Notes under the pieces: generated by a model | The model's input: the letters and a program-made list of their open reading frames with translations, nothing else | Told to the model about the DNA's origin: nothing | Database searches by the model: none | Shown: in pieces, positions 1 to 14,200 of the stretch | Numbering within the stretch: position 1 is the first letter of the stretch | How the letters are laid out: each line of letters begins with the position of its first letter | Translations under genes and position numbers: made by a program | DNA from: Octopus sinensis | Lineage: Eukaryota | Assembly: GCF_006345805.1 (NCBI RefSeq) | Contig: NC_043001.1 | Location: 23,064,001 to 23,128,000, forward strand | Direction: 5' to 3' | DNA: 64,000 nt

Positions 1-442
1 TCATTCCAACTCATTGCTTTGTTTCTCAGTTATATTTGTATTTGATAGAATAAAAGATGCACAGACATATTAGATGCATCCCAATTTCAGCAGTGCATGT
101 TCAGGAAAAAGCAAGTATCAGGGACAAAATTAGCATATGGAAGGTTCAACTCCACATATAGGAGCAGGGGTGATTTTTTGAGACATCTTTTTGGAACACA
201 ATGCATCTTATATTCCATCAAATATGGTACTTCTATTGACATGTATGATTTCAGACACATTCAAAGTTATCTCCCTTACTCACTCAACTAATAATATTTT
301 ACTTTAGTCATGTGATCTGTAACGGAAAAAATCATGAAAATAATAGATTTATTACATATATTCAGTCAACACCTCTTTATAATTACATTATAATTACTTT
401 ATAATTACATTTGGGTTAAACTATATATTATTATCATTATAA

Positions 443-655
443 AGGCGGCAATCTGGCAGAATTGTTACCATGCCAAACAAAATACTTAGCAGCATTCCTT
501 CTGGCTGTACATTCAGAGTTCAAATTCAGTTAAGGTCAACTGTATCTTTCATCCTTTTTGGGTCAATGAAAGAAGTACCAGTTGAGCATTGAGGTTGATG
601 TAATGGACTGTCCCCACTCGCACAAAATTACAGGTCCGGTGCCTAGTAAAAAGGA
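443..655 (+). mobile_element. SINE of a second family (others ~33930-34140, 36225-36452, 40350-40545, 42335-42547)
   Basis: Recurrent 'aaggcggc...ctggcagaattgtta...gagttcaaattc...ttcatcctttt ggggtc...agtaccagttgagc' motif. Confidence 0.75.
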
Positions 656-2194
656 TTATTATTGTGGATGTTGCTCTTATTACTTCACTGTTTTCAATTT
701 CCTGTTTACTCATAAAGTCTAGAAAGAAGGACAATACCCATGACCTTTGCAGCACCTTCAAGACCAGTGAGTTTCATGAAGCTAATTTTCTGTTTCTATT
801 GTCTTCAAGGACAATGTCTGATTGTTTGTATCTCTATTTCTATGAGTATTGATGGAACATGTTACAGAGAATTGTGTAGTGATATTAATTGGTCACTGGT
901 TCTCAGACATGCTTAATTAATAAAATATCAATGATTTTGATTTTCATTTCGTTGAGGAATTATACTGAGAAACCTAATTATCTAAGTTTACACATTTAGA
1001 TTTGGCCAATAATAAACATCAACTTTTACTGTATTGTAACCACAAGGCTTACATTTAAAGTTTCCACAGGTTTTAAAGACTGTATGCCTTGTGACCCTGG
1101 CTCAGTTTTGAGTTGTTAACATGTAACTTAGTTTCCTTGATAAGCACTTTTCACCACCACCACCACTACCATCATCACCATCATCATTTAATGTCAGTTT
1201 CCCATGCTGGCATGTGTTGGATGGCCTGACAGAATTGGCAAGGTTAGGGGCAACACCAGGTCCTATACCTTGCTTTTGGCTTTGTTTCTACAACTGGATG
1301 CCCTTCCTAATGCCAAACACTTTACAGAGTGCACTGGATACTTTTTATGTGGCACCAGCACCAGTGTTTTTTACATGATACCATTACTACTGTTTTTTCA
1401 CATGGAAGCATCACCACAGTTTTTTACATGGCACCATCACCTGTGCTTTTTATGTAGCACCAGTAAATTTTTACATGGCACTGTGGTTTTAGGATATCAA
1501 TTCTGTTATGGAGAATGGGTCTTCTAACCTACATGTGAGTTTCTTGTTCTAATGTTCTGAAAAATTGCCCATATATGGGCTTGTCAATCAGTACTTTCTT
1601 CATAAAAATTTGAATTGCTTTCTTCACTTGCAGTTTAATGAGGTTAATAGTAGTGTCACTACAGTAGGTGAGATGTCTCCTTTACAAAAGTTGAATTTGT
1701 AATGTCCTGGCTAATGTGGAAAAGGAACTGTTATTTCATTTCTAGATAACCACACTTCTTAGTGGATCTTTAACAACTAAAAAATATTTGCCTAGCTAGG
1801 ATTGGCACAGGCTACTGACTGGTTTCTTCATATTGTTATGACATGCTCGTGTTAATCAGAAAAAAACGTTTACTGCTCTTTGTAAACTAAATAGCTTGAG
1901 TTGTATTGTGTCAGATGTTGTTTGTAAGGCTGTAAAGTAATTATCATCAGTGTTGTGGTCATCACCATCATTGTTTTAATGTCCACATTTCAAAGCTAGC
2001 ACGCTCAGATGCCCTTCCTGTTGCGAACCAGCACCTGTCTCCATGCAAGATATTACCCCTTGGTTAGATATGGTTTTTTCTTTCACAAAAGACAACAAAT
2101 GAATCACATCCTTTGTATGTTGGTGATGCTTGTTGACAGCTATCATGTGATGTCAAGACAAACACATACACACACGATCAGATGCATGAATGCA

Positions 2195-2239
<45 letters not shown>

Positions 2240-3210
2240 CAACCCATGCCAGCATGGAAAATGGATGTTAATCGATGATGATGATGATACACATGTTACT
2301 CTTTTACTTGTTTCAGTTATTTGACTGTGGCCATGCTGGAGCACTGCCTTTAGTTGAGCAAATCAACCCCAAAACTTATTCTTTGTAAGCCTAGCACTTA
2401 TTCTATCAGTATCTTTTGCTGAACTGCTAAGTTACAGGGATGTAAACACATCAGCATCGATTGTCAAGTGATGTTGGAGGGACAAACACACACACACACA
2501 CATATATATATACACACATTGTGAGACATGTTTTCTTAGTTTGAAATTTTCTTTTACAGTTTGCAGTCACTCTAATTTATTATAATGAATCTCTTATTTC
2601 ACTTTAATATAATTATTATTATTAATAGTAAAACTGTGAACTCTGAAAACTATTACATACCACACAATAAATCAGACACTTAACAATTGTACAAGTGAAA
2701 AAGGTAAGGAGGAAGTAGCTGCAGACTATTCCAGAGTATTTTAGAGAAGGAATGGTTCAGCATCAGCATCATCATCATCAGCAGCAATTAATATCCACTC
2801 TCCATGCTGGCATCGGTTAGATGGTTTGACTGGAACTGATGAGCCAGAGAGCTACACCAGGTTCTAGTCTGATTTGACATGGTTTATACAGCTGGATGTC
2901 CTTCCAATGCCAATTTGACAATTCAAATTCTTTTTTAACAGTTCATATGAAGAACAACTAAGTATTTTGGTTGAATATGAAAGCATCATGGTCAGTCATC
3001 AAAGCAACATGAAATTTTCAGCTAAATTTCCAACAAATAAGATATCAAATTCAGGCCTTAGCATAAAATTACTAAATATGTTAAGCAGGAGAATACATGC
3101 CCACCATGTTCAGTACTCTGAAATAAACTGATTTAGTGTCCAAATGTAGTATCATATTTGTAATCATCAATGAAACAACAGCAAAGGAAACAACAGCTAG
3201 TTTAGTCAGC

Positions 3211-3427
3211 AGCCCTTTAGCACTTAACCAGGCCATATCCAGTCAAAATATTCTACAAGTTTAATGTTCAAACTGATCAGATCTCGCATCTTCCAGAATG
3301 TCATATTGAACACGAACAATCACATCATCAAAATCTCAAGCCTAGAAAATAATGCAGTATTAATTCAAAACGATGTGAATAAATACACATTACATCTGAT
3401 TGAGTAATCTAAACTCTAAAAGGTTAA
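3211..3427. mobile_element. Second piggyBac-like MITE family (also ~3686-3891 and ~36174-36610, the last split by a SINE)
   Basis: Degenerate CCCTTTAGCA...(C)TAAAGGG/TTAA termini and a shared internal 'ggccatatcc...aaaatctcaa...taattcaaaac' body. Confidence 0.6.
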
Positions 3428-5287
3428 AATGGCAATGAAACACGAGCCACATCTGCAGTTACTGAGAATGACTCAATCAACCTTCTTGTAAAGAAAGACA
3501 AACCATAAGAAAACACACAATTCACTATCATGGTGGTTGTTTAACCCCAGGTCGGTTGTGACTGATTAGACCTATAACCAAAAGCATTCAAGACAGGACA
3601 ATCCTGTCCTTTCAAGGGTATCTAAGAGTACATTATCCAATGTAACCTTTGGCTGCTATTTCTAGCAGGTCAAGTGACCTCATAATTCATTTAGCATTTA
3701 AACCGGCCATATCCATATTATGTTCAAACTGACCAGATGTATCCTCTGACACCAACCTGACAATATCATTCTAAAAATTAACAGTTACCTCATCAAAATC
3801 TCAAAGCTGCAAGATAATGCATGATTAATTCAAAACAAAGTGAACAAATAAGCATTATTTTTGACAGAATAATATGAATGCTAAAGGATTAGTTTGTTGC
3901 TTACAGGTTCATTAGACCAGAGTTTCTTTCAGTTTCTATGGGGTTTAAGAGTACAACACTCCTCCACTATAGAGAACTGCAGCCCATTTCAGGATTAAAA
4001 CCACTTCCTCTGGGATTACTTTTCAGCTGAATGAAATGGGGCATGTGAAATGAAATGCCTTGTTCAAACACACTATGCACAAGATCAAGAATTGAACCAA
4101 TGCCTTTATCAAAAGGCCACACACCAACATAATTGCAAAGCGGTCACATTGAATGACTAACTATTCATTAGTTTTACAAGTTGGGCTTATGTCTTTTAAT
4201 GGGCAAAAGCTGCACCAGACTGACACCTTTGACTTCCTTAACAATGTAAAAGCTACAATAACCTCCAGCGTACACTATTTATAATGAAAAATGCTGTTCG
4301 CTGCTAAAGTACACTCACACACAAATTCAGTAAAATTAGATTCTACTCAAATTACATTCCATATAGCAACCCACCCAACTCCATCAATTTACAAGCTGAA
4401 TATTGATCGAAAGACAATAAATGGATGTGTACTAACGATGTGTCTACTAACACCAAATATTCATTACTTTCTAAAACAAATAAAAGGAAATCTATTTTAA
4501 CAAAAAACAGAAAAACAACAAGATACACTGAACAATGGTGAAAATACTATTAATAGATTTGTAGCAGAAGATATTCTGATATTTTTAGACTTGATTATTT
4601 AAAGTTCCTGGTTCTACAAGACATGTCTGAGACATTTGAGAACCAAACTTGATACTTTGCAATATTCAATATAAGTGTAGACATCACTGTGTGGTTAAAA
4701 AGTTTCCTTCCCATCTGCATGGTTTCAGGTTCAGTCCCACTGTGTAACATCTTGGGTGTCTTCTACTTTAACCCTGTCAATATACATATGCTTCAGAGAA
4801 AAGCATTAGTCAAGTAGAGAGTGTAATGAGAGATTACATAAATGACAAGAGAACCAGAAATTACGTTATGAACTTCATTAGCTTACAGCTGTTTCTGGTA
4901 CAATATGCAAGGAACTCATAGTTGAGTGTTTGAGTATCACTTTATAATAGAAACAGTGGTAACCTAATGAAGTTCATTACATCATTTCTTGTTCCTTATC
5001 ATTTATATTTGTTTGTTTGTTTGTTTGTGTGTGTGTGAGAAAGAGGGAGAGAGAGTATGTATACATTTATGTCGCCTTGTCTTGACAACACATGATAGTT
5101 GTGTCACTGTCATACAAAGTAGTATCATTCATTACCAATATTCTGCATAAACCTGTCCACTGATGGGGTAATAGTGATTTGCATGGAAGCAGGTAAGGGT
5201 TGGTGACAGGAAGGGCATCCAGCAATAGAAAAATCGGTCTCATTAAGCTCCATCTGACTCATGTAAGTATTGCAAAGTGGTCATTAA

Positions 5288-5493
5288 CTCTTTCGTTACC
5301 AACCCGGCCAAAACCAGCTCTGGCTCTTGTTTTCATAAGTTTTGCATTAAAATATACCACCAAACCTTAGTCGCAATTTATGTTCCTAACACTAGTTTAA
5401 TGATAACTAAGTTATTTTACTAAATTCTTTGTTATATTTAAAATAATTGAAAGAAACACAGAGCATCTCAAAATAAATACAATAACGAAAGGG
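5288..5493. mobile_element. piggyBac-type MITE (duplicate at 47174-47379)
   Basis: TTAA on both sides; TIR C(T/C)CTTTCGTTA / TAACGAAAGGG. Confidence 0.85.
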
Positions 5494-5661
5494 TTAAAAC
5501 TATGATGATGATGTTGATTTTCCATTTCTTTCCATTTGAATGTTATAAGAGATAAAATCTGCCTTTTTTATCTTTCTGTAGTTAATGAACCAAGAACCAA
5601 GGACATACTACTGAAAATAATTATCATTTTAGAGCTTTAAAATAAATAAGAGAATACATAC

Positions 5662-5807
5662 CCCTGACGCACCTCGGTGGGCAAACAATCTTGGTCTGGA
5701 AGGCAAGCTGTCTGCTGGTCGAACACATGGAGAGTCAATAAATAGTGGAATGATATAGAGGCCAACAAGAATTGCCATGTATGCCACTGCAGTTAATAGT
5801 TTTAAAC
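5662..5807 (-). CDS. GDPD5: Copy A exon 6 (TM5 and catalytic HRG: [48 protein letters not shown])
   Basis: 146 nt, TAG acceptor and GTATGT donor. Contains the GDPD AHRG motif. Confidence 0.95.
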
Positions 5808-8093
5808 CTATATGGGAAAGAAAACAAAAAAAGCAATATTATATTATTTAATTCCATTCAATAGGGAACAAAATTACAAGGAACAACGGTAAGCTTCTGT
5901 GTGAAGGTAAATGTGCATGAATGCAAGCATGCATGCATTCATATATACATACATAGATATGTATGTACATACATACATATGTACATATACACACACATAC
6001 ATACATCAGTACCGGTGACATGTGACAGCAACAGCACTGGTAACACATAAGAGGCACCCATGCCACAGACACATAAAAGGCGCCCAGTACAGAGTGGATG
6101 GTGTTAGGAAGGGCATCCTGCCATAGAGACCAAGCTGAAATAGACTGGAGCTTGATACAGCTCTCTGGCATACTAGTACCTGTCAAACTGTCTTACTCAT
6201 GCCAGCATTGAAAATGGACACTAAATGATGCTGGAGATGATGGTGATGATATATATATATATATATAGGAACAAGCAAAACATGTTTGGTCATGGGGAAA
6301 TAGTCCATTGTTTGGAAACTAGTGACAGTTGGCAAGAGGAAGAGCACCCAGCCAAAGAAAATTTACCTTAATAGACTCCAACCAACCAATGCAAGCATGG
6401 AAAACAGGACGTGATGATGATGATGGTGGTGGTGGTGGTGATGCGTATGATGATGATGATGATGATGATGATATATTTGAAAACACTGAATAAGGGTGAT
6501 TTTTCTGATAATTTGATGAGTAGATGTTTGCAAAGTGTCATTTTGTAAAATTCTCATCATTAAAGGAGAAAATAACTGGTTTACAGAGAAATTGAGGCAA
6601 ACATAAAAATAGTTGTCTAGTCTAATTTTGGGGTGCTGTGGAAGAGGTAAACCTATGAAGATATTGGATCTTCAAATGTGGGGTCTCATGGAGGTAATGA
6701 CAAGCAATTGTGACCTCTGGTGATTTGCTGTGCTTGAGAAGACTAATCAAGTGAAATCATAGTTGTGGGTATTGTTGGTGACACATAAAAGGCACTAACT
6801 AAACTCTTGGAGTGGTTGACATTAGGAAGAGCATCCAGCCATGGAAACCAAGCCAAAATCAAACTGGAGCCTGGTACAGCTCTCCAGCTTATCAGATCCA
6901 GTCAAACTGTCTAACCCATGCCATCAGGGAGGAAAGTGTACACTAAATGATGATGATGAGTATGTATGTGTATATATATAAACTAAGTCAGATTAAAATG
7001 TAGGAAGCAAGATATGGTCACCTGGCCTGTCTCAGGCCATTACAACCTGCTCTGCTCACATTATGTTGTGGCAAGAGTCACAACAGCCCCTGCGAGAATA
7101 GACTTGATTGAATCACTATAAACAGTAGCGGTCTGAGTGAAAGACAGAGAAGAGGCATTAATTGCAGGAAGTCATAAGGTTTCGTTTTGGTAGTTTGTCA
7201 GAATATCATTTGTTGATTCATGAACAGTTCAAGGAGAGTTTGTTGGAATGTTATGTTGTTACCCTGCTTCGTTATATGTTTATTGTTACTACATGGTTAT
7301 AGTGTAAACAAGTATCGTCATAATTAGTGGTGATACTACAATAATTGGTGACGAGTAACTACATTACAATATTATTATCAAGGAAAGAAAGCATAAAACC
7401 AAGATGAAAATGATGATGACGATGAGGAGTGTGTGTGTGTGTGTATCTGCAAGTCTGTGTTTTTATTAACTCAATAAAATCATTACCCTATACTTGGCTA
7501 TTGTTATAATTGTGTAAGAGGGGTAGAAATGGTGGCAGATTAAATGCTGTATTGCAGTGTTTAGTTGAAACTTTCCCATTCTGAAATCAAATTATATTTT
7601 ATTCATTTCTTTTTACCTTTTTATTTCAATATAAACTTTGTTTACAGTTATACATGTATTCACAATTTTATGAAAAGAAAAAAAAAAATTTTTAATGGGA
7701 CATCAGAATTGAACCATGAAATCAAGAAGGGATCAATAGTTTATTTGGGATTACATTCATGGGGATCAGCAAAGGATGCAAAAAAAAAGAAAAACTGATC
7801 TCTGAACAACTCGCCAAGTTACAGATACTCTTCTGATTCTCACAGAAGACAAACTGAACAAAATAACTGGTTCATGAGCTAGAAACTTGTAACCAATGAT
7901 GCTATTGTTCACAAGTTGCAATATAAAATATACGAATCCTGCTTTTAACTGTTATCTAAATGCTGATCAATCACACACAAAAGAAAAGAAACTCATAATC
8001 CTATTTTTTATAGTCTAAGTAAAGGTAAATCTATTTGTCAATATATATAAATATCTATTTTCTTGTTTATCTTCTGAATATATTTAGTTTTTG

Positions 8094-8153
<60 letters not shown>

Positions 8154-10730
8154 ACGTGTGTGTGTGTGTATGTACATATTTATATATATCAAGCCTTATC
8201 TACATCACTAATCCTTTATTCATGGTCACTGGGACTGTTGGCAAGAAGTAAGGAAGTCACTCTCAAAAACAAAATCTGTAGAAAACATGTAAAAAAAATC
8301 TGAAATCTACTGAAGACTCCCAAGAACCAGGTGGTGGTGGTAGCAGGATTAAACTGGTCAAAGGATTAAGCCAACCACCTAAGGATTCAGAACACAAACA
8401 ACCAGAACAAATTCCACAATGCATCACATCTGATGGTCTAACGATCCTGTCAACCCCCTACGATGCACTCAGAGTTTATCTTATTAACCCTTCCAAAAGG
8501 ATGGAAGAGAAAGTTGACCTCAGTGAGATTCGAACTTAGGAATATAGATAGGTGAATCAAATGCCATTTATGCTACACTAACAAGGTATGAACACCAGAA
8601 AATTAGGAAAATGAAAAGTGTCATTGTATTTGAGATAGAATTTAATAAGTCTGTTTTCTTTAACGACAACATTTTCAGAAATAAATTTGTATATGTCTGA
8701 CAAAGATTTTTGAAATGACAAAATATACTTACAGAATTGGTCTAAGCTGTACCACTGTCTTATCAGAATACAAGAGAGAATAGTAAAGATCACAACCAGA
8801 CCAATATGAATAAAAGGACCAAAGATCTGGAAAATAATCAAAGAAAATAACTCAACTAAAAATAATAACTTTAATGGTAAAGTCATCATCATTGTTTTAA
8901 CATCTACTTTTCCATGCTTGCATGGGTTAGATGCAATTTGTTATGGCAAACTTTCTATGGCAAGATGTCCTTCCTATTGCCAATCTTGATCCGTTTCTAA
9001 GTAAGGTAGTATTTCTCCATGACTACACATATTTCCACAGAAGATTGGAAAAGAATGATATTGCTTGCATGATGGTGACACTTGTTTACAACTATCACAT
9101 GACGCCAAGGACAAAATGTTGTCTACACATACACTGAGTGGGATTCTTTCAGTTTCTCTCTGCCAAATCCATTCACAAGGCTTTGGTTGGTCCAAGGTCA
9201 TTGTAGAAGACACTTGCCCAAGGTGTCACACAGTGGGGCTAAATTTGAAACCATGTGGTCAGGAAACAAACTTCATATTATGCAGCTACATCTGTGCCTA
9301 CAGCCACAACTGATACTCCATATGATATCTATGTCAAAAAAGTAACCACTATACTGCTTTGTAAAGACTTTCCTTTCGTAATTGTGACAATTTGATCTTC
9401 GAATTGATTCAAGGAGACTATATTTCCATTGTTTTTTTTCACTTTGCTAATATTATCTATCAGCTGCAATTCCTGACAGAAGTATCACCTTTTTTGTGGA
9501 ACATAGTGACAATAGGAGGAATGAAAATTTCAACTCAGAATGCACAAATCCAGAACAGATACTGCAAGGCATTTAGTTCAATACTCTAACACTAAAGCTA
9601 ATCAATCACTCAAAAGGATGAAGGGTAAAGTTGACTTCACTGGGATTTGAATTGGAACATATACCATGAGGCATTCTATCTAACACTAAAACAATTTTGC
9701 CAATTTGCTGCCTGTACAAATAGAAGTATGACTTCTACTGTTGGGTTTTGAGCTCTATGTACTTTAACATCATCCAGTTTGCTTCCAGTATAATGGTTAA
9801 ACTGCTACAATACTGAGTAGTATAACTAGTTATGATGTACAGAGCAAATGTAGGAGAAATTATCATAAACACAGACATATTATCCTTTTTCAATTACTAA
9901 TTCCACCCATTAGACTGTAGCCATACTAGGCCACCACCTTAAAGTATTTTAGTCAACCACAGTATGTTCTTTATTTTTTTTTTTTACGCCTGATACTCAT
10001 TCTATCAGTGTTTTTTGCCAAACTGCTAAGTTACAGAAATAAACACATAAATACACTGGTTGTCAAGTGGTAGTGCGGGACAAACACAGACATACACATG
10101 CATGCACACACAATGGGTTTCTTACAGGTTCCATCTACTAAATCCACTCACAAGGCTTTGGTCAACCCAAGGTTATATGTATGTAATTCTGAAAGAGACT
10201 GATAGTAGTCATAAGAAAATAACATTGCTCAATATTTATTTATAACATATTTTCTAATCATTGACAAAAGAAATGTAATTTGGAGAAAAATGTTTAAAAT
10301 ATGAAAGAGACTTACTAGAAGTGATAGTCTCAGCACTACCCACTCATATGTCCAGAGAATATCCAAGGCAATTGTAAAGCCAATGCAATTCAGAAGAGTG
10401 AAGATTATCACTGCTACATGGAATGGATGTATATTTAATTGATGTCTCACATAAATGTTATATATTGATAGACCCTGTTAATAACATGAAATGGATGGAA
10501 GCATTGAAATAATTGTAAGTTAAAGCATGAGGTAATAATGGATTAAGGGAAAATTATAATCATAAAGTTTATAAAATGGAGATATTAAAAAAAATGTATT
10601 TGCGTATAATTCCAAATGACAACTTAGTGAGATCTGTTTGGTATGAGGGTCCTTAATTTGCTGCCACACAGTGTAACTGAACCAGAACCATATAGTTAGG
10701 AAGTAAACTTCTTAACTACACAGACATGTC

Positions 10731-10761
<31 letters not shown>

Positions 10762-10953
10762 TGATACACATGCCCTGGTGTGAAATTGTGAAGATTGGCT
10801 GATAACTGATAAGGGATGACGGTGTCCATATTTTTTTGTGTTTTTTCCTATTTTCCATGGGTTCTTTTGTTTCTTTCCATGTAACTTCTTTCTCTCTCTC
10901 TCTCAATATACAGACACACACAATATGCACACAAACACACACCTATATATATA

Positions 10954-11004
<51 letters not shown>

Positions 11005-11219
11005 TATACACACATGCACAAACATTATACACACACACACACCAATATTACAAGCACTTTAGAATTCAGTGTGAACTAGGAAAAACTGACGCATCATGAC
11101 ATTTCTTCTCATACATAGACTTTACTGTTAAATATTTTAGATGATGTCAATATCAATGCAGATCTTGCTGTTGACATACAGTGAATGAATATTTTGTTAT
11201 AAATGTTTCCTTTATCTCC

Positions 11220-11283
<64 letters not shown>

Positions 11284-14200
11284 ACACACTCATATATACA
11301 TGTATATACACACACATATATATACCTATACAAACACGCACACACACACACATATATATTTGTATATCTGTTACAAACCAATGAAGGAACCTTTACATGG
11401 TACACAACTTGCTAGAAGTAGTATAGCCATCAGATGTCACTTAGCAAAAAAATACGTATGTGGTTGTGTCCTACCAATGGACCTCTTTGTCACTGCTGTG
11501 TCAAATTTTGGCTTAAAATATCTAACCTCAAAATAAATGTTATAAATACCATTTTTATACTCTACAACTGTCTTAATCATCATTACAGACAAATAAGTAA
11601 TAATGTTAAGAAGCAATTAAAGAGAGTATTATCTTTTCTCCTTGTTTAATATTTCAAAATACTACAGTAGGATCATGATTTTATATTCCCCCTAGAATAA
11701 TGAGGTGGTATTGCAAGTGAAAGGTATAAAACATGATCAACCAGCTTACTGTTTCATCAATATTTCATTTGTTTAAAAATATCAATGTATTTTATATTAT
11801 TGTGAGGTGATAGGCACTTCTAACCAAACCAGTTCTTCTGGATGAATTGAAATTGTATATTGTATATTATATATATACTGTCTTTATAATAACATCACGT
11901 TTTATGGGAAAGATAACATCCTTCTGACAGTTTGAAGCAGCAACTGGTTATATAGTCTATATCTTGCTACTATGCGATGTTGGAACAATAAATAATACAT
12001 ATCTATTTGAAAGCATTGTTTACAGAGGCAAGTTTTGTCACATTCTGCTGTCATAACATACAAAGACAGCAATACATTTACTTCATATTAGCTTCTAGGA
12101 TGAAAATAATGTTGCTGAAAATTATGAGAACTTCAACTCGTAACAAAGATAATTTAATAATCTTCAAGACCTAACTTTAGGTAAAGATACTGAATGAAAA
12201 ATGCTGTGACCAGAAACCACTGTATAAATGAATTTCTATCTTGACCTGACCTTAGACTTGACTGTATATTGAGATCATAAAAAGTCATAGCATTACAATA
12301 AACAATGCTCTATCTTTCTTCCTTCTTCATGATATTAAAACACATTTGGAAGAAGGTTGTGAACAAGATTCATAAAAATAAAACACTTCGCTGCACTGAG
12401 ACTAGAAATAATACCATCTCTAGTGATAAAACATTTTCATTTTGTTTTGCATTTTCAATTAGTTTGAAGAATAAAATTTGCACACGTGTGCATCTTTTCC
12501 ATGCTTGTATTGGCTGCATAGAAAAAAAAAAATATATATATATATATATATAATATATATCATCATCATCATTTAACGTTCATTTTCCATGTTGGCATGG
12601 GTTGGACAGTTTGACAGGAGCTGGCCAGCTGAAGAGCTGCACAAGGCTCCATGGCTATTTTGTCAAGGTTTCTACAGCTAGATGTCCTTCCTAGTGCCAA
12701 TTACTTTACAGAGTGTACTGGGTGCTTTTATGCAGCTCCAGTACAGGTGCATTTATCTAGCACCAGTACAGGTGTTTTTTTTACATGGGACCATGAGCCT
12801 ACATGATCAGAAACATACAGATACAGAGAGATGCAGAGGACATACCTGTATGCAAGGACAACCACAATTTTGTTTAGCTTGATATGTCTTCTCAAGCACA
12901 GCAAACCTCCAGGAGTCACAGTCCCCTGTCATCTCAGAGACTCCTATGCTTATATTGAATAGTGAGAATGAGTGCTCAACCATGCGTTGGTGGATGATTT
13001 TTTTTCATTTGTGAGTTAACAAGGATACCAATTGTTTCATGTGAAGAGATCCTCACAATTATTCAAAATGGAGATAAGTACCTACCAAAAAAAGTGTGTG
13101 TGTGTGTATAATCATCATCATCATCACTTAACGTCTGTTATCCATGATGGCATGGGTTGAATGGTTGGCATGCTGGAAGGCTGTACCAAACTCCAGTCTG
13201 ATTTGGCATGGTTTTCTACAACTTTTATGTGCCACCAGCACGGGTGTCATTTGCATGACTGTAGTCTATAAACAATCATTAACAATGTGCTGCATTGATG
13301 GCAGAGAGACTTAACTCTGAAATGCCCACTTCACTTAAATGCAAGTAGAAACTACTAAGTACTAATTCTATACTGAGGTTGACTGTATCAGTTCTATGAC
13401 TTCTCCTCTGGTACTTAGAGAAGTGAAATAGCAGTGTGTACAAGACATGAGCTATGAGTGGGTTGAGTCTTTTTCAAGTGGTTTTGCAGTGTTTCAGAGT
13501 AGAATGTTTTATTGTACATCCGAGCGTGGCCGTCTGCCAGCCTCGTCTGGCACCTGTGTCGGTGGCACATAAAATCGCCCACTACACTCTCGGAGTGGTT
13601 GGTGTTAGGAAGGGCATCCAGCTGTAGAAACACTGCCAGATCTGACTGGCCTGGTGCAGCCTTCGGGCTTGCCAGACCCCAGTTGAACCGTCCAACCCAT
13701 GCTAGCATGGAAAGCGGACGTTAAATGATGATGATGATGATGATGATTATCAAAGTTCATTTAGATGTTGGGAATAGATACCAAATTATCTAGAAATGTT
13801 ACTTATCCAGGAGAGAAGATTTCTCTATTTTCTATTTAATATCATAAAGCTGGCAATATGCATCAGCCCTTTAGTGTTCATTATGGTTGAAGATGTATTT
13901 ACATTTTCATATTTGGTCTGGTAAGTAGACGTTTACATTGTAAACTTCATTGCTCAAATTGTTACATTACAACCCTTTCTCATCAATTGACCATACATCT
14001 ACAGCAAGGAGTCATTACAGTTCATTATAATGCAGTATACAAACTAAAACTAAAAAGTTAAACACAAACTGAAGGAAACATACATAGATATATCATGAGT
14101 AGAAATGTTCTATTATGAACTCTAAATCCAATAGCTAAGTTATATTTTTCTTCTATTATTTCTGTGAACTGGGAAAATAATGTAAAATTGAAAGCAACTT

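Noticed and set aside
1330-1480. Short recurring 'ttttacatggcacc' repeats resembling a spaced array (also 12720-12790 and 62110-62220)
   Set aside because: Irregular internal repeats of the RTE/SINE 3'UTR, not CRISPR; eukaryotic context and no cas genes.
10712-11536. Many overlapping YIYI/THTH/CVCV ORFs (also 30387-30762 and 52584-53398)
   Set aside because: Translations of dinucleotide microsatellites.
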